Shown here piece after piece: positions 1-7,307 of a stretch of 13,925 nt of DNA. Position numbers and translations under genes: made by a program. This DNA comes from a virus. The stretch lies in the IMG/VR virus record IMGVR_UViG_3300027824_000187. The stretch is one strand, 5' to 3'. The number at the start of each line of letters is the position of its first letter. Within the stretch, counting starts at the first letter, position 1. The notes beneath the pieces are model-generated. The model ran no database searches. It was given only the letters and a program-made list of their open reading frames with translations, and had not been told where the DNA came from.

Positions 1-333
1 AAGAGCAGGGTGAGCGGTCGAATTCACACCGTCACCTTCCACGGTGATGCGACCGAGGGTGACGCCAGTGACGATCACGTCATACCGGATTACACCGAGG
101 TTGAGTACGACCCGTGTGACGGCGACGATTGTGAGTACGCGCAGGTGAAGTTCTGCGGCAACCAGTTGGACTCGTTCGAACCGGGCAAGATGCTCAGCAT
201 GGTGGTGAAGGATTCCAACCTGACGGAGTACAACGGTTGCTATATGCTCGCCGTAACTGAGCTTACGAACGGTGGGAAGCCAATCAGCCGATGGCAGCCG
301 AAAAGAAAATCAATGGTGCCGGGAAGCAACTGA
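1..333 (+). CDS. Hypothetical acidic Cys-containing protein. It may be 5'-partial (frame open from position 1) or start at GTG 10.
   Basis: The frame is open from nt 1. GTG at 10 is preceded by AAGAGCAGG, and the stop is TGA 331-333. D/E-rich with the spacings CDGDDC and CGN...GC. No family recognised. Confidence 0.5.
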   Translation, partial: KSRVSGRIHTVTFHGDATEGDASDDHVIPDYTEVEYDPCDGDDCEYAQVKFCGNQLDSFEPGKMLSMVVKDSNLTEYNGCYMLAVTELTNGGKPISRWQPKRKSMVPGSN

Positions 334-779
334 TGTTTTTGGAAAGTGTCAAAATAGGTCGGGTAAGGATCGCCGGGTATCTCGGTCACACGCTCTATCA
401 TTTGGTGGAAGCGCGGAGGGCAATCGGCATCGGTGTACTTGCGATCTCGTTGATGAGTTTGTTCTCGGTCGGTGCGGCTCGCGGTGTGCGAACGTTTCTC
501 AACTGGGAAGCCCAGTCTCCTATTGCAAAGGACGCTTGGGTGGTTGAAAACACTCACGCTGAGGCTCGTGATCTGGTAGTCCGACGCGGTACCACGCATC
601 TCCGGCTGCACTGCACAGGTGACATCGAGTGGAGTGACTACTGGAAGCATCTGGATCACGGCTATGGTTGTCTCCCGGTGAAAGAGGGTCAGGAAATTCT
701 CTTGGAACATTGGGACAACGACTACGTGCTCAAGTTGGATAAGGGGCAGGAGAACACCTACCATGAAGGTAGCTGGTGA
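333..779 (+). CDS. Hypothetical protein. The start is uncertain, with alternatives ATG 291 or GTG 540.
   Basis: ATG 333 overlaps the upstream stop (TGATG). The C-terminal half (GDIEWSDYWKHLDHGYGCLPVKEGQEILLEHWDNDYVLKLDKGQ) looks coding. The N-terminal half has weak codon bias. AAAGGA lies 7 nt before GTG 540. Confidence 0.45.
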   Translation: MFLESVKIGRVRIAGYLGHTLYHLVEARRAIGIGVLAISLMSLFSVGAARGVRTFLNWEAQSPIAKDAWVVENTHAEARDLVVRRGTTHLRLHCTGDIEWSDYWKHLDHGYGCLPVKEGQEILLEHWDNDYVLKLDKGQENTYHEGSW

Positions 780-1111
780 CTCGCGTAGTTCACGTCCGTA
801 AAGCAGAATTCGACATCTACATCGGGCGGGCGATCAAAGAGTTTGCTGAGTCGCCTTGGCACAACCCTTTTCACATTGAGTACGGCTGCGGACGAGACTG
901 CGTGCTGGAGAAATACGAAGTGCATGTCCGTAACAGCCCGGAACTGATGGCGCGTCTGGGCGAGCTTCGCAACAAGACGCTGGGTTGCTGGTGCAAAGAC
1001 AAACACGGCGCGGGGAAGAAATGCCACGGGGATGTCCTCGTGAAGTTAGTGAGAGAGGTTTATGCTGATCCTGAAGATGCGGTGCAGCAAGCACCCAAAC
1101 TACAAAGCTAA
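776..1111 (+). CDS. DUF4326-family protein, a widespread small phage/plasmid domain.
   Basis: GTG 776 overlaps the previous stop (GTGA). Motifs: YIGR near the N-terminus, NPF, and LGCWCKDKHGAGKKCHGDVLVKL, which matches the DUF4326 signature (GCWC...CHGDVL) as I recall it. Confidence 0.7.
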   Translation: MTRVVHVRKAEFDIYIGRAIKEFAESPWHNPFHIEYGCGRDCVLEKYEVHVRNSPELMARLGELRNKTLGCWCKDKHGAGKKCHGDVLVKLVREVYADPEDAVQQAPKLQS

Positions 1112-1265
1112 GCGTGCGCCGCGCAACTGCCAGACGTGCCAAGCAATGTGGGAAGAGACCCACCCGCGTGCGACGGCAAAGACGTGGCCCGCCAAGCTCG
1201 ATAATGTGGTGTATCGCAGCTTCGCGGATGATAGCATCCTGATCACGCGCCTCGAAAGAAAATGA
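1062..1265 (+). CDS. Small basic Cys-cluster protein (C-x3-H...C-x2-C), putative zinc-binding.
   Basis: GAGAGAGG SD lies 4 nt before ATG 1062. The gene overlaps the previous gene by 50 nt, out of frame. The stop is TGA 1263-1265. Confidence 0.45.
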   Translation: MLILKMRCSKHPNYKAKRAPRNCQTCQAMWEETHPRATAKTWPAKLDNVVYRSFADDSILITRLERK

Positions 1266-1402
1266 CGCAGAAGATTGAAAAATGGCGCTTCGGTTTTCGT
1301 AAGGATTTCATGCTGAATCTCGGTCATGAATACTACGACGGCGACATGTACTACCTGAATCTGGGCTGGTTCTGGGTCAACTACAAACCGTGGGGATGGT
1401 AA
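1262..1402 (+). CDS. 46-aa Trp/Tyr-rich peptide (MTQKIEKWRFGFRKDFMLNLGHEYYDGDMYYLNLGWFWVNYKPWGW). It is below the ORF-track size cutoff.
   Basis: ATG 1262 overlaps the upstream stop (ATGA), and TAA is at 1400-1402. The frame is clean, read by hand from the sequence. Confidence 0.45.
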   Translation: MTQKIEKWRFGFRKDFMLNLGHEYYDGDMYYLNLGWFWVNYKPWGW

Positions 1403-1563
1403 TGGCAACTCTCAAAGAACAACTGATGGCGCTGCTAGTTTGCAATCAGTGTGGCGCACCAGTTGAGTTCGACAAGCAAGACAAAGTTTACCGACACAAA
1501 GAGCCTCTGGATCGTCACTGCAAACAGAACGGCTACCCGGTAACTCCCAAAGTGAAATCCTAA
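1402..1563 (+). CDS. 53-aa zinc-ribbon-like peptide (CNQCG...DRHC). It is below the ORF-track size cutoff.
   Basis: ATG 1402 overlaps TAA (TAATG), and the stop is TAA 1561-1563. Translation: MATLKEQLMALLVCNQCGAPVEFDKQDKVYRHKEPLDRHCKQNGYPVTPKVKS. Confidence 0.5.
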   Translation: MATLKEQLMALLVCNQCGAPVEFDKQDKVYRHKEPLDRHCKQNGYPVTPKVKS

Positions 1564-1590
1564 TCTCGGAACCCTTTGTAGGAGGCTGCC

Positions 1591-1725
1591 ATGTCCAACA
1601 TTGGTGAGCCGCAAAGGGTCATCATTTCCGAACCCCTGTCCGATCCGGTACCTCATGAGGTGCCCATAGAGCAGCCTGTCTCCGAACCAGTTCCAGAGCG
1701 CGAGCCGGAGAAGGTTCCCGCATGA
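1591..1725 (+). CDS. 44-aa Pro/Glu-rich peptide (MSNIGEPQRVIISEPLSDPVPHEVPIEQPVSEPVPEREPEKVPA).
   Basis: Near-consensus SD TAGGAGG lies 6 nt before ATG 1591. The stop TGA 1723-1725 overlaps the next start (ATGA). Confidence 0.5.
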   Translation: MSNIGEPQRVIISEPLSDPVPHEVPIEQPVSEPVPEREPEKVPA

Positions 1726-2264
1726 GCGACTCTTGGCTGCATCCTTACGAAGACAATCTCCCATCAGACATGATCATTTCCCCGGTGACGGCGTATCGCA
1801 TCTGGTACGTTCCGCTCCAGCCGATCCTCCAGCTTCGTTCTTACTGGATACAGACTCCGTGGGAGCCGTGCCAGAAGCTCGAAGCGGAATGCCGCAACCA
1901 CATGTCGTGTGTTTGCGCCGGAGAATTCTGGACGAGCACCAAGCGCGAACCCGAAGAGGCGTTCACCTGTTCATGCAGCGCCGGAATCTATGGCTGGAAA
2001 ACATTCGATCAAGGTTTCGAGATGTACATCGACGAAATCGAAAAGATGCGTTGCTGCAATCCAGAGGAGCCGATCACAAATCGTGTGGCATTCGGCAAGG
2101 TCTATCTCTGGGGCAGAGTCATCGAATGCGAAAAAGGATTTCGGGGTCTCTACGCTTACCCATCCGGCATCTACTACACCGCCAACAACTCCCCGGCGCT
2201 CGCGTCCATGTACCGCGTGCCTTTACTCGCGCTCAAGGACCATCATGCCAATCATCCGCATTGA
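1722..2264 (+). CDS. Hypothetical 180-aa protein with several Cys/His clusters (CQKLEAECRNHMSCVCAGEF...CSCSAG...CCNPEE).
   Basis: ATG 1722 is coupled to the upstream stop. The overlapping alternative frames (1733..2407, 1909..2244) are Arg/Ser-rich shadows typical of wrong frames in high-GC DNA. Confidence 0.55.
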   Translation: MSDSWLHPYEDNLPSDMIISPVTAYRIWYVPLQPILQLRSYWIQTPWEPCQKLEAECRNHMSCVCAGEFWTSTKREPEEAFTCSCSAGIYGWKTFDQGFEMYIDEIEKMRCCNPEEPITNRVAFGKVYLWGRVIECEKGFRGLYAYPSGIYYTANNSPALASMYRVPLLALKDHHANHPH

Positions 2265-2454
2265 CAACCCTGAGGTGTTCGTCGGCATGGACGCGACGAA
2301 AGCCCAGCGCGAGATCAAGGATCGCGGCTACGACTGCCGCATCGTGTGGGTCGAGGGGCGCACCATTGTGCCGGACTACAAGCCGGACTATGACCCACTG
2401 CGCGTGAACTTGCACGTCAAATCAGCCAAGGTTACCAAAGCTACCATAGGCTAA
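2245..2454 (+). CDS. 69-aa small protein resembling the peptidase inhibitor I78 / potato inhibitor I fold family.
   Basis: AAGGA lies 5 nt before ATG 2245. The residue pattern is G-x-D-A-T-x-A-x-x-E-I...R-I-V-W-V-E-G-x-x-V-P-D-Y-K-P-D-Y-D-P-L-R-V-N-L...G. It follows the I78 consensus (G...A...I...RV..PG..VT.DYRPDRLNV...G). This rests on memory of the family and is not a computed hit. Confidence 0.45.
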   Translation: MPIIRIDNPEVFVGMDATKAQREIKDRGYDCRIVWVEGRTIVPDYKPDYDPLRVNLHVKSAKVTKATIG

Positions 2455-2480
2455 ACCCATCAATCTAAAGGCATTATAAT
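2452..2480 (+). promoter_or_regulatory. Candidate sigma-70-like promoter in the 63-nt gap.
   Basis: Perfect TATAAT at 2475-2480 in otherwise GC-rich DNA. The -35 region is poor (TAAACC at 2452-2457). This is one of only a few real intergenic gaps in the block. Confidence 0.25.
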
Positions 2481-2517
2481 CTCTCCGAATCAGCCTCTTC
2501 CGGTGTATCCTTAGGGC

Positions 2518-2766
2518 ATGGAAACGACAGTGTACGTGCTCACAACTCTCTTTGAAGTCAAAGGCGAACTGCGCAGCAAGAACGTGCGTGTCGTCACCAA
2601 CATTCATGACGCCGAGGCACACGCTGGCGCGGACGCGGCGAACGGGTTCGATACGCTCACACTGGACGCCGACTGGCGCGAGGGCGCGGCGATTTCCGAA
2701 ACCGTGATGATCATGCGCGAGATGGGCGACCAGATCAAAGCTGACATTGAAAGGTCACTCGCTTAA
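2518..2766 (+). CDS. Hypothetical 82-aa protein.
   Basis: ATG 2518 follows a 63-nt gap. The stop TAA overlaps the next start (TAATG). Reasonable third-position GC. Confidence 0.5.
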   Translation: METTVYVLTTLFEVKGELRSKNVRVVTNIHDAEAHAGADAANGFDTLTLDADWREGAAISETVMIMREMGDQIKADIERSLA

Positions 2767-2975
2767 TGGCTAAGGCACGCATCAGACAGAACCGCTTCGA
2801 CAACTGGTACGGCTACGTCGGTACCCGGCGTGTCGAGGCATTCGGCAATTCGCCGACCGGGTCAGCCGAGGAGAACGCCAAGGCGTGGCTGGAGGGCATG
2901 GGTCGCGTTGACCAAGCCTTCGCCAACGATGCCAAGCGCAAGCACCTGTTCGACGAGAACGGGAGGCGCAAATAA
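2766..2975 (+). CDS. Hypothetical 69-aa protein.
   Basis: TAATG coupling at both ends. Confidence 0.5.
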   Translation: MAKARIRQNRFDNWYGYVGTRRVEAFGNSPTGSAEENAKAWLEGMGRVDQAFANDAKRKHLFDENGRRK

Positions 2976-3172
2976 TGCACGCTCTCGCACAACATCTCGC
3001 GTTTGTTTTCTCATTCTTCTTCCTGATCTGCGCCCTCCTGTTCATGGTCATATTCATCGGTACGTTCACGCGAGTGGCGCACATAGTCCGCCTTCGGATG
3101 TTCCGAGGATTCGTTGTCACCGGGTTCGTTGGCGTCATGCTGTTGCTCTATTCGGGGTTCATCAAATGGTAA
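2975..3172 (+). CDS. 65-aa integral membrane peptide with two predicted TM helices.
   Basis: Hydrophobic runs LAFVFSFFFLICALLFMVIFIGTF and GFVVTGFVGVMLLLYSGFI. TAATG coupling at both ends. Confidence 0.55.
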   Translation: MHALAQHLAFVFSFFFLICALLFMVIFIGTFTRVAHIVRLRMFRGFVVTGFVGVMLLLYSGFIKW

Positions 3173-3477
3173 TGGATTTACCTCCCGACTCGCTCGGCCC
3201 CAAGCCGACCAAGAAGCAGATGGAAGTGCTCAAGAAGCTGGCTGCGCCCGGCGCGACCTGCAAGACTTGGCTCGGCACCAGCCCCGGCTCCGGGGGTGCG
3301 TACATCGACTACCACACCGAGGGCGAAGTCAAACACGAGAACATGAACGAGGGCACCTTGGGTAAGTTCCACGATTGGGGCTGGTTACAGCGCGTGGGCG
3401 GTGACTGGCGCGGCAGTGAATATAAATTGAGCGAACGGGCACTTAAAGTCATCGAATTAGGAGTGACCCGAAAATGA
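3172..3477 (+). CDS. Hypothetical 101-aa protein.
   Basis: ATG 3172 (TAATG). The stop TGA overlaps the next start (ATGA). The upstream part of the 2830..3477 track ORF is an Arg-rich wrong-frame extension. Confidence 0.55.
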   Translation: MDLPPDSLGPKPTKKQMEVLKKLAAPGATCKTWLGTSPGSGGAYIDYHTEGEVKHENMNEGTLGKFHDWGWLQRVGGDWRGSEYKLSERALKVIELGVTRK

Positions 3478-4118
3478 ACAAAAACGGCAAGATGATTACG
3501 GGCGACGAGGCGAAGGTCACTAAAAAGCAGCACACGTCGCCTTGCTCCGACTGCCCTTTTCGCCGTGACTCGATCCCCGGCTGGTTGGGAACGTTGAGCG
3601 TTGAAGATTGGGTAGAGCTTGCGCACGGCGAAGGCGGCGCTGACTGCCACACAACGAAACAGAAGGGCGGCAAGGGTTGGGCGTGCGCAGGACTGGCGAT
3701 CTATCGGGCGAACGTGGCAAAGGCTCCGCGTGACCCAAACGTCATGCGGTTGAAGCCTGACACCAAGCTCGTGTTTTCGTTCGGAGAGTTCAGGAAGCAT
3801 CACAGCGAGGGCATCATCGTGGCGAAAAAGAAACCAGTCGAAAAAGCGCCCAAGACAGACGCGCAAATCGACGCAGAGATCGCGTTGCTTAGCAAAATGA
3901 AACCCACGGTGCGCCACTACAGCGCGTTCGGCGACGATCACCACGCGCACATTGACATTCAGATCGAAGTGCTTGAAGGGCGCATGGACGATGATGAGAT
4001 CGGTGACCGCTACGACGACCCCGATGATAACTCCGCTGCCTACGAAGCTGTGAAGTGGATGAAGGGTGAGGCAGACGAGGAACTGGGAGAGAGTTGGAAG
4101 TCACTCGTAAGAGGATAA
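3474..4118 (+). CDS. Hypothetical 214-aa protein with a Cys-rich N-terminal domain (CSDCPFRRD...C...C) and an acidic C-terminus.
   Basis: ATGA coupling. The frame is clean. The C-terminal third is D/E-rich. Confidence 0.55.
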   Translation: MNKNGKMITGDEAKVTKKQHTSPCSDCPFRRDSIPGWLGTLSVEDWVELAHGEGGADCHTTKQKGGKGWACAGLAIYRANVAKAPRDPNVMRLKPDTKLVFSFGEFRKHHSEGIIVAKKKPVEKAPKTDAQIDAEIALLSKMKPTVRHYSAFGDDHHAHIDIQIEVLEGRMDDDEIGDRYDDPDDNSAAYEAVKWMKGEADEELGESWKSLVRG

Positions 4119-4120
4119 TT

Positions 4121-4456
4121 ATGGCAGATCGAGATTACGGCGATATGGACAATCCGCACACGTTCGAGGAAGCCGTGGCATACCTCCGCGCCGGGAACCA
4201 CATTGACTACGAAGTCAAGATCACCGAGCAGGGTGAGGGGCGGCTCAGTACGCATCAGGGAGCACTGATGACGCGAGAGACGTGGCTGGAGGCTGTGAAA
4301 GACCACAGCTTCATCGACTACGACGGTATGGGTAACGAGATCGCGGAAGATGGGGCGCTCTTGAAGTCTGAAATCAACGTCACGGGCTGGCTCAAGCCGT
4401 CTCAGGCGGCGACAATTCGACCGGAGACAAAGTACATTCTCTGGTACAACCGATAG
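4121..4456 (+). CDS. Hypothetical 111-aa protein.
   Basis: AAGAGGA SD lies 6 nt before ATG 4121. The track ORF from 4094 includes an unlikely 5' extension. Confidence 0.55.
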   Translation: MADRDYGDMDNPHTFEEAVAYLRAGNHIDYEVKITEQGEGRLSTHQGALMTRETWLEAVKDHSFIDYDGMGNEIAEDGALLKSEINVTGWLKPSQAATIRPETKYILWYNR

Positions 4457-4466
4457 GAGACATCAC

Positions 4467-4769
4467 ATGAGCAAAATTCGTAAAGCACTAGGGGTAGTCG
4501 GCATTGCACTTTTCGGCTGGTTCGTCGGCCCGTTCCTACTGGTGGGCTGCGACAACACCACCACAACCACCCCACCCGCTCAGACTTCAACCGCGCCGGA
4601 AAAGCCAGCACGTTTCACGGCTGAGCGCGTGGAGATGCCATCAGGCGTATCTGACATGATGGTCTATACTGACACCAAAACTGGCTGCGAGTTCTTCACC
4701 CTGATCGAGGGCAGTGGGAACAGCGCAACCGCCATTCCCCACACTTGCAACGACGACAAGGGGAAATAA
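4467..4769 (+). CDS. Putative lipoprotein (100 aa).
   Basis: TAGGAGA SD. Signal peptide MSKIRKALGVVGIALFGWFVGPFLLVGC with lipobox L-V-G-C, followed by a Thr/Pro-rich linker (NTTTTTPPAQTSTAPEKP). Confidence 0.6.
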   Translation: MSKIRKALGVVGIALFGWFVGPFLLVGCDNTTTTTPPAQTSTAPEKPARFTAERVEMPSGVSDMMVYTDTKTGCEFFTLIEGSGNSATAIPHTCNDDKGK

Positions 4770-5182
4770 TGCCAACCTATAACCTGCACTGGAAGGGAAT
4801 GCTCACGAAGGGCAACATTCAGGAAGTAGCGAAGCTCTGCCGCTTGCTGCTTAACCGCCGTCGCTTCGCCTACGCGCAGGTGCGCCCCACGTGGGTGCCG
4901 GAGAGCGTTGAGCACGCCGCGTTCGTGGACACACGAGTCGATGTTCACACCCGGCAGAAACTCATGGAACCGATTAGCGCCAATGACAACATGATCGCGA
5001 TCCCTACCACTGAGTGGCTGTGCATGTTCGAGACTGATCTTGAAGGCACAGGCTTCGTTGCAGTATATGACGTCACGCACAAGAACCCCCACTTTTCGTT
5101 CGACGGTGACCGCCTGACAGTGAAGTGGCAGACGCCCTGCGGCGACCAAGCGGTGGACGTGTTCACACTGGAGGTTCGATGA
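4769..5182 (+). CDS. Hypothetical 137-aa protein.
   Basis: ATG 4769 overlaps TAA (TAATG). The stop TGA 5180-5182 overlaps the next ATG. Confidence 0.55.
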   Translation: MPTYNLHWKGMLTKGNIQEVAKLCRLLLNRRRFAYAQVRPTWVPESVEHAAFVDTRVDVHTRQKLMEPISANDNMIAIPTTEWLCMFETDLEGTGFVAVYDVTHKNPHFSFDGDRLTVKWQTPCGDQAVDVFTLEVR

Positions 5183-5325
5183 CAAGCAGAATGATGTTCG
5201 TTTGTGTGCTCATTTTCGTGCTGACGTTCGCGGCTCTAGTGGTCATTGACCCTGCGGCCCAGTTCCAGCGTCACGACCTTTTTCGTAGCCGGGTCATCTA
5301 CGCGCCAGCGGGGCACAACAAATAG
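5179..5325 (+). CDS. 48-aa single-pass membrane peptide (MTSRMMFVCVLIFVLTFAALVVIDP...).
   Basis: ATGA coupling at 5179. Hydrophobic core of about 20 residues. The track entry 5125..5325 adds an improbable Arg-rich leader. Confidence 0.5.
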   Translation: MTSRMMFVCVLIFVLTFAALVVIDPAAQFQRHDLFRSRVIYAPAGHNK

Positions 5326-5372
5326 CCTTGAACCGTTTGGCACGCCGGGGCATCGAAGGGATAGGAGCTTTT

Positions 5373-5825
5373 ATGGACGACATTTTTCGTGCAAAGCGCG
5401 TCGTGGTAACGCCGGAAGCGGTTGAAGCGATCCAGAAGGAAGTAACGGAACTGGACGCCGATCTTGCGGCGGCAACCGGGACGGAATTGACTCGCAATCT
5501 GGACTACGATAAGCACGCCAAGGATGTTCAAGCGTTGAGCGACAAGCTCATCGACGTGTTCGAGGCGACGGATTACAACACCACCGTAGCGCTGGACGCC
5601 CTCGAAGCCATCCTCCGGGGCGGCGTTGAGTTGAGCATGGGCAAAGATGCGGGACGACTGTTGGAGCGCCATCTGCGACGGTTCCACGCAGAGCTTGCTA
5701 CGCTACAGCTTATCAGCCTGATCAGCGGCACTATGCACGGCGACGGCCCCAAGAAACAGTCGCTCGAAGATTTGCTCAACGAAATGAAAGGTGCCAGTGA
5801 GAGCAGCGACGAGAAAAAAGGCTAA
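5373..5825 (+). CDS. Hypothetical 150-aa, mostly helical, acidic protein.
   Basis: GGATAGGAG SD lies 6 nt before ATG 5373. Confidence 0.55.
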   Translation: MDDIFRAKRVVVTPEAVEAIQKEVTELDADLAAATGTELTRNLDYDKHAKDVQALSDKLIDVFEATDYNTTVALDALEAILRGGVELSMGKDAGRLLERHLRRFHAELATLQLISLISGTMHGDGPKKQSLEDLLNEMKGASESSDEKKG

Positions 5826-6036
5826 GGAAGCCTACAGCAAGCTGGCGGAAGTCTACCACCTGCTCGACGATTTGATGAAAGAGCTTTCCAGCCGGGAAGA
5901 CTTCGCCGGATACCTCTTGGCGCAGGACGCCCGGCAGATGATCTTCGGTTCTGGTGTAGGGACTGATGCGTTAACCAAGCTGGGCGCGATAGCCAGCTTA
6001 GGTGAGCGGAGTAAAGGTGAAAAGGAGAAGTCATGA
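5791..6036 (+). CDS. Hypothetical 81-aa protein. The start is uncertain (GTG 5791 or ATG 5875).
   Basis: It overlaps the previous gene by 35 nt, out of frame. The stop TGA overlaps the next ATG (ATGA). The segment KKAKEAYSKLAEVYHLLDDLMKEL looks protein-like. Confidence 0.4.
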   Translation: MPVRAATRKKAKEAYSKLAEVYHLLDDLMKELSSREDFAGYLLAQDARQMIFGSGVGTDALTKLGAIASLGERSKGEKEKS

Positions 6037-6413
6037 AACTACGACACGTTGATGGATTTGTTGTCCTGATCGTTCTGTTTCTGCTCGTGACCGCGATGTT
6101 CTCTCACGCGCAAGCTGTTGGCTCCAGCGTCCAGCCCGTTACCGGGCCGACTTATTCGGTGCCTGACCATCCGCAGCACGCCAGCTACACCCCGATGCGT
6201 ACTGAAACCAGTTTGCTTGGCTCTACGGTGACCGTGGCGCAGGGCGAACGTCCGTTGTCGGACTTCCCCTCTGACCAGCCGTATGTGACGCCACTGGGTG
6301 ACGTGGCGCGAGAATACCGCGAGATGAAGTTCGCCACGCGAGGGCACTCCGGCTCCGGTCGCGCCCCGCAGTACAGCCATATCTATTGGGAGCAGCAAGG
6401 CAGCAGCAAGTAG
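6033..6413 (+). CDS. Secreted protein (126 aa) with a classical signal peptide.
   Basis: AAAGGAGAAG SD. N-terminus MKLRHVDGFVVLIVLFLLVTAMFSHAQA|VGSS, with an AxA cleavage motif. Confidence 0.6.
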   Translation: MKLRHVDGFVVLIVLFLLVTAMFSHAQAVGSSVQPVTGPTYSVPDHPQHASYTPMRTETSLLGSTVTVAQGERPLSDFPSDQPYVTPLGDVAREYREMKFATRGHSGSGRAPQYSHIYWEQQGSSK

Positions 6414-6449
6414 TTCGGAGTTCAAAATTTGCAGTAACAGGAGAGCATT

Positions 6450-6779
6450 ATGTGCGGTGGAACAGAACGTGATTATCGGCAAGAGCGCGAACAGGAGCGC
6501 TTGAACGAGCAGCGCCGGGAGAACGAACGGCTGGCTGCGCAACGGCGCACTCGCGCCCTCAAGGCGGCTAAGACCCGCAAAGCAAATGCCCTGATTGCCA
6601 AGCGCCGGGCAACTGCATTGAAAGCAGTTCGCACCCGACGTCGCAATGCGGCGGCAAAGGTGAAGTCGCCCAAGACACTCACGGTGATCTTGAATCCGAC
6701 AATCCAGACATCTCCTGCTATCCCCCGCAGGAAAATGGCGCTCACGCCTATGAAGGCGCGTTCGCTGCGGATGAACTAA
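6450..6779 (+). CDS. Highly basic Lys/Arg/Ala-repeat protein (109 aa), a candidate histone-H1/AlgP-like DNA-binding protein.
   Basis: ACAGGAGAG SD. ER-rich N-terminal coiled-coil, followed by two tandem ~20-aa basic repeats (RRTRALKAAKTRKANALIAK / RRATALKAVRTRRRNAAAK). Confidence 0.55.
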   Translation: MCGGTERDYRQEREQERLNEQRRENERLAAQRRTRALKAAKTRKANALIAKRRATALKAVRTRRRNAAAKVKSPKTLTVILNPTIQTSPAIPRRKMALTPMKARSLRMN

Positions 6780-6811
6780 GAGGGAAATTCAATCAGCGGT
6801 AGGACAACACT

Positions 6812-7306
6812 ATGGCACGGAAACATCACCCCATCGGTACCCGCGTAGTGGCAGTGAGCCACAACGAGGGCAGGAAGCTATTCGTGTTCGGTCGTGGCGT
6901 ATTCGAGGGATGCTTCGTCCCGCCAGCGATCAACATGGACGAAGCCATCATGCAGTTTCAACAGCAGTATGCCGCGCAGCAAGCCGTAACGCCGGACCTG
7001 CCACAGGAATTCACAGCAGATGAAGCTCGCAAGGGCATTATCTTGTCGCAAGCCAACCCCCGCATCCGCCTGACGGAGACGATGGACGGAACGCCGCTGG
7101 ACGAAGTTGTCTGGGGCTACGAGTGTTGGTGGGGCACGGAAGAGGAGTTCAACACTGACTCCGGCAAATTCGAGATCATCACGGTGACGGTTGAGCAGCA
7201 TCGCGCCGACGTCGAGAAGATGCAAGCGGAAGCCGATGCAGAAGAGGCGCAGCTTCACGCGGCTCTGTGTAGCATGACCGGGCACCACACGCACGACGAG
7301 AACTAA
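6812..7306 (+). CDS. Hypothetical 164-aa protein.
   Basis: AGGACAA lies before ATG 6812. Clean frame with an acidic C-terminus. Confidence 0.55.
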   Translation: MARKHHPIGTRVVAVSHNEGRKLFVFGRGVFEGCFVPPAINMDEAIMQFQQQYAAQQAVTPDLPQEFTADEARKGIILSQANPRIRLTETMDGTPLDEVVWGYECWWGTEEEFNTDSGKFEIITVTVEQHRADVEKMQAEADAEEAQLHAALCSMTGHHTHDEN

Positions 7307-7307
7307 C

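Noticed and set aside
240-764. 174-aa minus-strand ORF.
   Set aside because: It is antisense to the + strand gene block, and no SD or coupling context was seen. It is likely a shadow ORF, although the N-terminal half of + gene 333..779 is itself only weakly supported.
1733-2407. 224-aa + strand ORF, Arg/Ser-rich.
   Set aside because: It is the wrong frame of genes 1722..2264 and 2245..2454. Its Arg-rich composition is typical of an off-frame translation of GC-rich coding DNA.
3309-3950. 213-aa minus-strand ORF.
   Set aside because: It is antisense to the well-supported + genes 3172..3477 and 3474..4118. It is Arg-rich, Leu-rich and low-complexity.
6039-6542. 167-aa minus-strand ORF.
   Set aside because: It is antisense to the signal-peptide protein and the basic-protein genes. 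The hydrophobic Leu/Ala runs are the antisense reading of the signal peptide and repeat region.
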